Below are positions 59,166 through 64,000 of a DNA stretch of 64,000 bases, one piece after another. The stretch lies in the NCBI GenBank assembly GCA_964568875.1, contig CAZMSH010000011.1:29290-93289 (forward strand), given 5' to 3'. The DNA comes from an uncultured Rikenellaceae bacterium. GTDB lineage: Bacteria > Bacteroidota > Bacteroidia > Bacteroidales > VadinHA17. The notes under the pieces are model-generated. The model made no database searches. It saw only the letters and a list, made by a program, of their open reading frames with translations, and had not been told where the DNA came from. The position numbers were made by a program, and so were the translations under genes. Each line of letters starts with the position of its first letter. Positions within the stretch are counted from its first letter, which is position 1.

Positions 59166-59870
59166 ATGATACAACAAAAGCTTATAATAGCTGTCGACGG
59201 GTATTCGTCATGTGGCAAGAGCACCTTTGCCAGGGCAATAGCCGCGAAATATGGCTACCTGTTTATAGACAGCGGGGCAATGTACAGGGCGGTTACACTC
59301 TTTTGCATTAGGGAGGGACTTGTCGGTGAAGGCTTTATAAACAGAGAGGAAATCACCAGCATGCTCCCGATGATAGATATTTCATTCTCTTATAACCCCG
59401 ACAAGGGTGAATATGAAACATACCTTAACTCTGAGAATGTGGAGTGGGAGATCAGGTCTGTTGAAGTTACAAAGCATGTGTCTGAGGTAAGCAAAATATC
59501 GGAGGTACGAACCCGTATGGTAGAATTGCAGAGACAAATAGGTTATTTCAGGGGGATTGTGATGGACGGACGTGACATAGGAACGGTGGTTTTTCCTGAT
59601 GCAGACCTGAAGATTTTTATGACAGCCTCTGTTGATGTAAGGGCACATCGGCGGCACAAGGAACTTGAGGAAAAAGGTATTGATTCCGATTTTGAGGAGA
59701 TCAGGGAAGCTATGGTGAAACGCGACAATATAGATGAAACCCGGGAAATTAGTCCACTCAGAAAGGCCGATGATGCACTTGTCCTTGACAATAGTGATAT
59801 GAGTGTGAATGAACAAATGGAGTGGATAAGCGGTATAATTGATAAAATGATCAATGAAGGTAAAGATTGA
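59166..59870 (+). CDS. cmk: Cytidylate kinase
   Basis: DGYSSCGKST, DSGAMYRA, MDGRDIGTVVFP, SPLRKADDA. Confidence 0.96.
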   Translation: MIQQKLIIAVDGYSSCGKSTFARAIAAKYGYLFIDSGAMYRAVTLFCIREGLVGEGFINREEITSMLPMIDISFSYNPDKGEYETYLNSENVEWEIRSVEVTKHVSEVSKISEVRTRMVELQRQIGYFRGIVMDGRDIGTVVFPDADLKIFMTASVDVRAHRRHKELEEKGIDSDFEEIREAMVKRDNIDETREISPLRKADDALVLDNSDMSVNEQMEWISGIIDKMINEGKD

Positions 59871-60759
59871 TACGGGGTCGGGATTTTGTTTCGGAGTTGA
59901 GAATGCTGTCGGAATTGCAGAAAAGGCGCTTGATGCAGGTGAAAAAGTATATTGTCTTGGGTCAATTGTTCACAACGACGCAGAGGTGGAACGTCTTAAG
60001 CGTAAAGGACTTATTACCATTGACCGTGACCAGTTCATGAAGATTAGCGATTGCAAGGTACTTTTCAGGGCACATGGTGAACCGCCTTCCACCTATGAGA
60101 TAGCTGATCAGAACAATATAACTATAATTGAAGCTACCTGTCCGATTGTCAAGAGACTTCAGGCAAGGATAAGAAGAGCATGGAACGAAGCCAGCGAAAA
60201 CGACGGGCAGGTGGTCATCTTCGGGAAAGAGGGTCATGCCGAGGTAATAGGACTGTTGGGGCATACCGGTAACGGTGCTATACTGATAAAAAACGAAAAA
60301 GACCTTGACAAGATAGACTACTCCAGGAAAGTATTCCTCTTTTCGCAGACCACAATGAGCATAGAAGAGTACAGGCGACTGGCGGCAATAATAAAGCAGA
60401 GAATGGCAGAGACGGCCGGTACCACAGACCCTGATGAACGTCTTATTGTAAATAGTACCATCTGCGGACAGGTGTCAAACAGGGAACCAAGACTGAGGAG
60501 TTTTTGTGCCTCACATGATGTAATAATCTTCGTTAGCGGCAGGGAGAGTTCCAACGGAAAAATGTTGTTCAACGTATGCAGGGAAAAAAATCCTGATGCC
60601 TACATGATATCATCGCCTGACGAACTGGATGCGGTGTGGTTCAGCGGTAAGGAGACTGTCGGAGTGTGCGGTGCCACATCAACCCCCAAATGGCTGATTG
60701 AGATGGTGGCTGCACGTATTGAGAAAATCGGTGAACAGCTGGAAACAGGAGTGTTGTAA
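59854..60759 (+). CDS. ispH: 4-hydroxy-3-methylbut-2-enyl diphosphate reductase
   Basis: GFCFGV, IVHN, RAHG, ATCP, HAEV, QTT, TICGQ, SSNG, GATSTP. Confidence 0.96.
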   Translation: MKVKIDTGSGFCFGVENAVGIAEKALDAGEKVYCLGSIVHNDAEVERLKRKGLITIDRDQFMKISDCKVLFRAHGEPPSTYEIADQNNITIIEATCPIVKRLQARIRRAWNEASENDGQVVIFGKEGHAEVIGLLGHTGNGAILIKNEKDLDKIDYSRKVFLFSQTTMSIEEYRRLAAIIKQRMAETAGTTDPDERLIVNSTICGQVSNREPRLRSFCASHDVIIFVSGRESSNGKMLFNVCREKNPDAYMISSPDELDAVWFSGKETVGVCGATSTPKWLIEMVAARIEKIGEQLETGVL

Positions 60760-60813
60760 CAGCCGCAAAATTGTTATACCTTCGCGCGGAAAAATGAAAT
60801 CTCTTAAGAAGAA

Positions 60814-61794
60814 ATGGGTAAGATAAAGAGGATAGGAGTTCTTACATCCGGGGGAGATGCTCCCGGCATGAATGCCGCCATAAGGGCGGTAACACGGACA
60901 GGAATATATTACGACCTTGAGGTAATAGGCATAAGGCATGGTTTTCAGGGTCTCATCAATGGCAATTTCAAGCCCCTGAAGGCTTATAGCGTTAGTGACA
61001 TAATTCAGAGAGGCGGTACAATATTAAAGACAGCCCGCAGCGAGGAGTTCAGGACACCTGAAGGCAGGAGGACAGCATATGTGAACCTCAGGGAGGCCGG
61101 AATTGACGGAGTGGTGTGTATAGGAGGTGATGGAACTTTTACAGGAGCGGGTCTCTTCAGTGAGGAGTATGACATTCCTTTTGTGGGTGTTCCGGGAACA
61201 ATCGACAATGACATTTACGGAACCGATTACACCATAGGTTACGACACAGCACTGAATACCGTCATTCAGGCTGTTGACAAGATAAGAGATACGGCATCGG
61301 CACACAACAGGATGTTTTTCGTGGAGGTGATGGGAGCCGAAGCTGGTTTTATAGCACTCAACAGTGGAATTGCCACCGGAGCCGAAGCTATTATAATCCC
61401 TGAGCTAAAAGGCGAAGCCAGAAATCTGAAAACACTTATTGAAACCGGGAACAGAAGAAAGAAATCGAGTAATATCATTATTGTTGCAGAAGGCGATGAA
61501 GAGGGAGGGGCCATAGCCATAGCAAACAAGCTGAAAGATGATTTCAAGGATTATGATGTAAGGGTATCTGTACTTGGTCACCTCCAAAGAGGAGGTTCTC
61601 CCTCTGCAGTAGACCGCGTCAATGCCAGCAGACTGGGCAATGCAGCGGTTGAAGCCTTGCTTGACGATCAGAAGAGTGTCATGGTAGGACTGCAGAATGA
61701 CACCATAGTGCTGGTTCCGTTCAGGAAAGCCGTCAAGCTGCACAAATCGATCAGTCCTACACTGCTCGAGCTGGCCAATGTTCTGTCAATTTAG
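60814..61794 (+). CDS. pfkA: ATP-dependent 6-phosphofructokinase
   Basis: TSGGDAPGMN, GGDGT, PGTIDND, EVMG, LGHLQRGG. Confidence 0.97.
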   Translation: MGKIKRIGVLTSGGDAPGMNAAIRAVTRTGIYYDLEVIGIRHGFQGLINGNFKPLKAYSVSDIIQRGGTILKTARSEEFRTPEGRRTAYVNLREAGIDGVVCIGGDGTFTGAGLFSEEYDIPFVGVPGTIDNDIYGTDYTIGYDTALNTVIQAVDKIRDTASAHNRMFFVEVMGAEAGFIALNSGIATGAEAIIIPELKGEARNLKTLIETGNRRKKSSNIIIVAEGDEEGGAIAIANKLKDDFKDYDVRVSVLGHLQRGGSPSAVDRVNASRLGNAAVEALLDDQKSVMVGLQNDTIVLVPFRKAVKLHKSISPTLLELANVLSI

Positions 61795-62801
61795 TGGCTG
61801 AGTCTCTCTTCCATCCAGGAGAATATCTTTTCCTGATCGCGACTGCTGCACATCTCAAGGCTCTGAATGCAGATATATCTGATTGTCTGGTCTGTTTCAC
61901 AGAGCCTGAGTTTCTTGTCAATATAATCAGCATTCCGGTTGAAGGGCTGAAGATATGCCAGCGCAGGTCTTTCGATATGTCTGTTACCGTTCTTTAGCTC
62001 AAGATGGTACAAGAGTGAAAGTGAGTTGAACTGCCTGATGCTTCTGAACCTGTGCGAGATATTTTTCTCCAGTAGTTTTCGGTTCCCGCCAAAAAAATCA
62101 CCTGCCATTGTGCGGCTTACTGTATGTGGAGTATGACCAAAGACGAAATAGCGGTTTCGGTAGCCTGCCGACCTGGCCGCCTCCCACTGCCCGAGATGAA
62201 AAGATGGTCTGGGCGTATAGTTACGATTATTGAGGAGGAGTCTGTTTAAGGCTGTTTTCAGCCCGTTCCATGCCAGCCTGAGCAGAGGAGCTGTCATCCA
62301 GCGCCCGCGAAGCACCGGCCTGTCGCCGATGAACCACTCTTCAGGATTGATCTCCCTTACCAGGAACGTATCATCGTTGAAGCATACGAAGTTGTCTGCC
62401 AATCCTTCTATGCGCCACACCATATTCTCTATCGACCTGCTGTTGAATGTAGGAAGGTATTGGGTAAAGTCCCTGAATATTTCAGTATGGTCGACAATTC
62501 TTATCGATTGCTCTCTTCCCGGAAAATGTTTCCTGATGTCGTCATTTAACAGGGGATCCTGCCTGTCAGTAACTATAAAAATGTTTCTGACAAACGGAGC
62601 GAACTTCAGTATTGAAAGCAGGCAGTACTTTATTTCGTTGACTGATGCAAAACGGGTAGTGTGTGCGCCGGGATTGCCTTTTACGGAGGCACTTTCGAGG
62701 TATGGCAGCATCCTCTCGCGGTATTCCGGATCATCACCGTCAACCCAGGTAATTACAACATCAACAGGATGATTATTATTGGCTGGCACGCCTTCTGTCA
62801 T
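61791..62801 (-). CDS. Stealth-family phosphoglycosyl transferase (CpsY/XcbA-like)
   Basis: VDVVITWVDGDDP (CR1), RF..VNEIKYCLLS..FAP, LPTFNS..IE, FNDD (CR2), GHTPH (CR3); start moved to ATG 62801. Confidence 0.88.
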   Translation of the reverse strand: MTEGVPANNNHPVDVVITWVDGDDPEYRERMLPYLESASVKGNPGAHTTRFASVNEIKYCLLSILKFAPFVRNIFIVTDRQDPLLNDDIRKHFPGREQSIRIVDHTEIFRDFTQYLPTFNSRSIENMVWRIEGLADNFVCFNDDTFLVREINPEEWFIGDRPVLRGRWMTAPLLRLAWNGLKTALNRLLLNNRNYTPRPSFHLGQWEAARSAGYRNRYFVFGHTPHTVSRTMAGDFFGGNRKLLEKNISHRFRSIRQFNSLSLLYHLELKNGNRHIERPALAYLQPFNRNADYIDKKLRLCETDQTIRYICIQSLEMCSSRDQEKIFSWMEERLSH

Positions 62802-62870
62802 TTTTTTGATATAAAAGTATTGCTTTTTTACATTTTTAACCAATTTTGCCGTGAACTGACCAGATGAATA

Positions 62871-63719
62871 ATGAGTTCTGACACACCGGCAGGAATTGCC
62901 GCAGTTTCGATGGCCCGTAATGATGAGTTCTTTATCCGTAAATGGATAGATTACTACGGCAGGCAGTTTGGCCGCGAAAACCTTTTTCTGATTCTTGACG
63001 GGCATGATCAGGCATTGCCGGAAGGTCATGAGACCATTAACGTCATCAGGCTTCCTCATGCTGCGATGAGCCGCAGCCGCGGCGACCGCAACAGGGCGCG
63101 GATGGTTTCTTACTTCGCCAGGGCTCTATTTCACCGTTACCAGGTTGTAATAGCGCATGATATTGATGAGTTTCTGGTAATTGATCCGGCCGTGAACATA
63201 AACCTCTCAGACTACCTTCGGGCTGTGTCAGGAAGGTCATCCCTCTCAGCATTGGGGCTTGATGTGGGGCAGCACCTTGATGAGGAGAAGGCCATTGAGG
63301 CTGGCAGTCCGTTCCTTGAGCAGCGAAGTTACGCTCATGTATCGGCAAGGTATACTAAACCGGTTGTGGCTCTGCGGCCACTGACATGGGGATCGGGGTT
63401 CCACCGGATTAAGGGCCGGAATTTCAGGATCGATCCGAACCTGTTTCTTTTCCATTTCGGCATGGTTGATTATGAAATGTCTGTTGGCAAGACAGGAAAT
63501 AATGATTTACTTAAATCGGGCTGGACAGGGCATTTTGACAGGCGCCTGCAGTTGTTTGAGCTTATCAGGAACAGCCAGCCGGTTGATGGTGACTCTTTCT
63601 TCAGGCAGGCCAGGCGGAGGCAATCTGTTCTCAGGCCGTTTTATGCACTTAACAAACCGGGGATGTTAAGGGATAAACCCATTATTAAGATACCAGACCG
63701 CTTTCGGTCAGTCATTTAA
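62871..63719 (+). CDS. Glycosyltransferase family 2-like protein (Glyco_tranf_2_4 type)
   Basis: MARND..IRKWIDYY, HDIDEFLV (DxD), KP...WGSGFH, LFHFG. Confidence 0.75.
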   Translation: MSSDTPAGIAAVSMARNDEFFIRKWIDYYGRQFGRENLFLILDGHDQALPEGHETINVIRLPHAAMSRSRGDRNRARMVSYFARALFHRYQVVIAHDIDEFLVIDPAVNINLSDYLRAVSGRSSLSALGLDVGQHLDEEKAIEAGSPFLEQRSYAHVSARYTKPVVALRPLTWGSGFHRIKGRNFRIDPNLFLFHFGMVDYEMSVGKTGNNDLLKSGWTGHFDRRLQLFELIRNSQPVDGDSFFRQARRRQSVLRPFYALNKPGMLRDKPIIKIPDRFRSVI

Positions 63720-63743
63720 TATAGCTCCATCTCAATCATAAAT

Positions 63744-64000
63744 ATGAGCCTACTCTTCCATCTACAAAAAAAGGTCAAGCGTTATCTTTTCAACCTCAGC
63801 GCTGCAGAAAACAAGGCCTATCTGGCATATTACAAATATCTCTACAAGCCAGGGAAAGGAACTGTCGCAGAGTTTATTGACAACTATTCGAAGAGTAAAA
63901 GTCCCGTCACATTTCTTCAGATTGGCGCTAATGACGGATTCATCTATGACCCTATTCATAAGTTCATTAAAAGGGATAACTGGAGGGGAATTATGCTGGA
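63744..64000 (+). CDS. FkbM-family methyltransferase, 3'-truncated by window edge
   Basis: Translated by hand: MSLLFHLQKK...TFLQIGANDGFIYDPIHKFIKRDNWRGIML; not in the ORF track because it has no stop in the window. Confidence 0.75.
   Translation, partial: MSLLFHLQKKVKRYLFNLSAAENKAYLAYYKYLYKPGKGTVAEFIDNYSKSKSPVTFLQIGANDGFIYDPIHKFIKRDNWRGIML

Noticed and set aside
62802-63059. N-terminal extension of the Stealth ORF; similar extensions on pyrE, NUDIX, parA, the acyl-CoA dehydrogenase, grpE and porQ
   Set aside because: The extensions overlap neighbouring genes or promoter boxes and precede the family-typical N-termini, so starts were moved.

Overview
Core-genome chromosomal window (about 60 genes, one tRNA-His) of a Bacteroidota bacterium, most likely an anaerobic or oxygen-tolerant Bacteroidales. 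The taxonomic call rests on recurrent TAnnTTTG -7 promoter boxes, the porQ-cmk-ispH-pfkA, DUF4290-murA, parA-parB-DUF5683-mltD and rsfS-ftsH-cdsA-psd gene orders, and secreted proteins with Gln after the signal peptide. No CRISPR array, transposase, integrase or prophage gene was recognised. Contents: murA, a D-cysteine desulfhydrase-like gene with RidA, grpE-dnaJ, an ABC-2 exporter, an HTH-less sigma54 activator, aspA-hydF, a 1004-aa SGNH-MBOAT fusion behind parAB/mltD, glutaminyl cyclase, cydAB, hsp20, fprA, lipid genes, ftsH, birA, pyrE, coaD, lon, a bCerS/YghO-like GNAT, ccsBA, an etfBA-FadF-like-acyl-CoA dehydrogenase operon, ablAB (N-epsilon-acetyl-beta-lysine), and the edge of a surface-glycan locus. 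Two observations stand out. (1) One polypeptide appears to combine an SGNH acyltransferase, an MBOAT and the C-terminal Tyr acyl-relay motif. (2) The heat-shock genes grpE and hsp20, and more weakly lon, share an upstream architecture: a TG(C/A)CA-N3-TG(T/A)CA box exactly 12 bp before a sigma54-type -24/-12 element, suggesting an uncharacterised heat-shock regulon. All gene calls come from motif and synteny recognition by eye, not from database searches.
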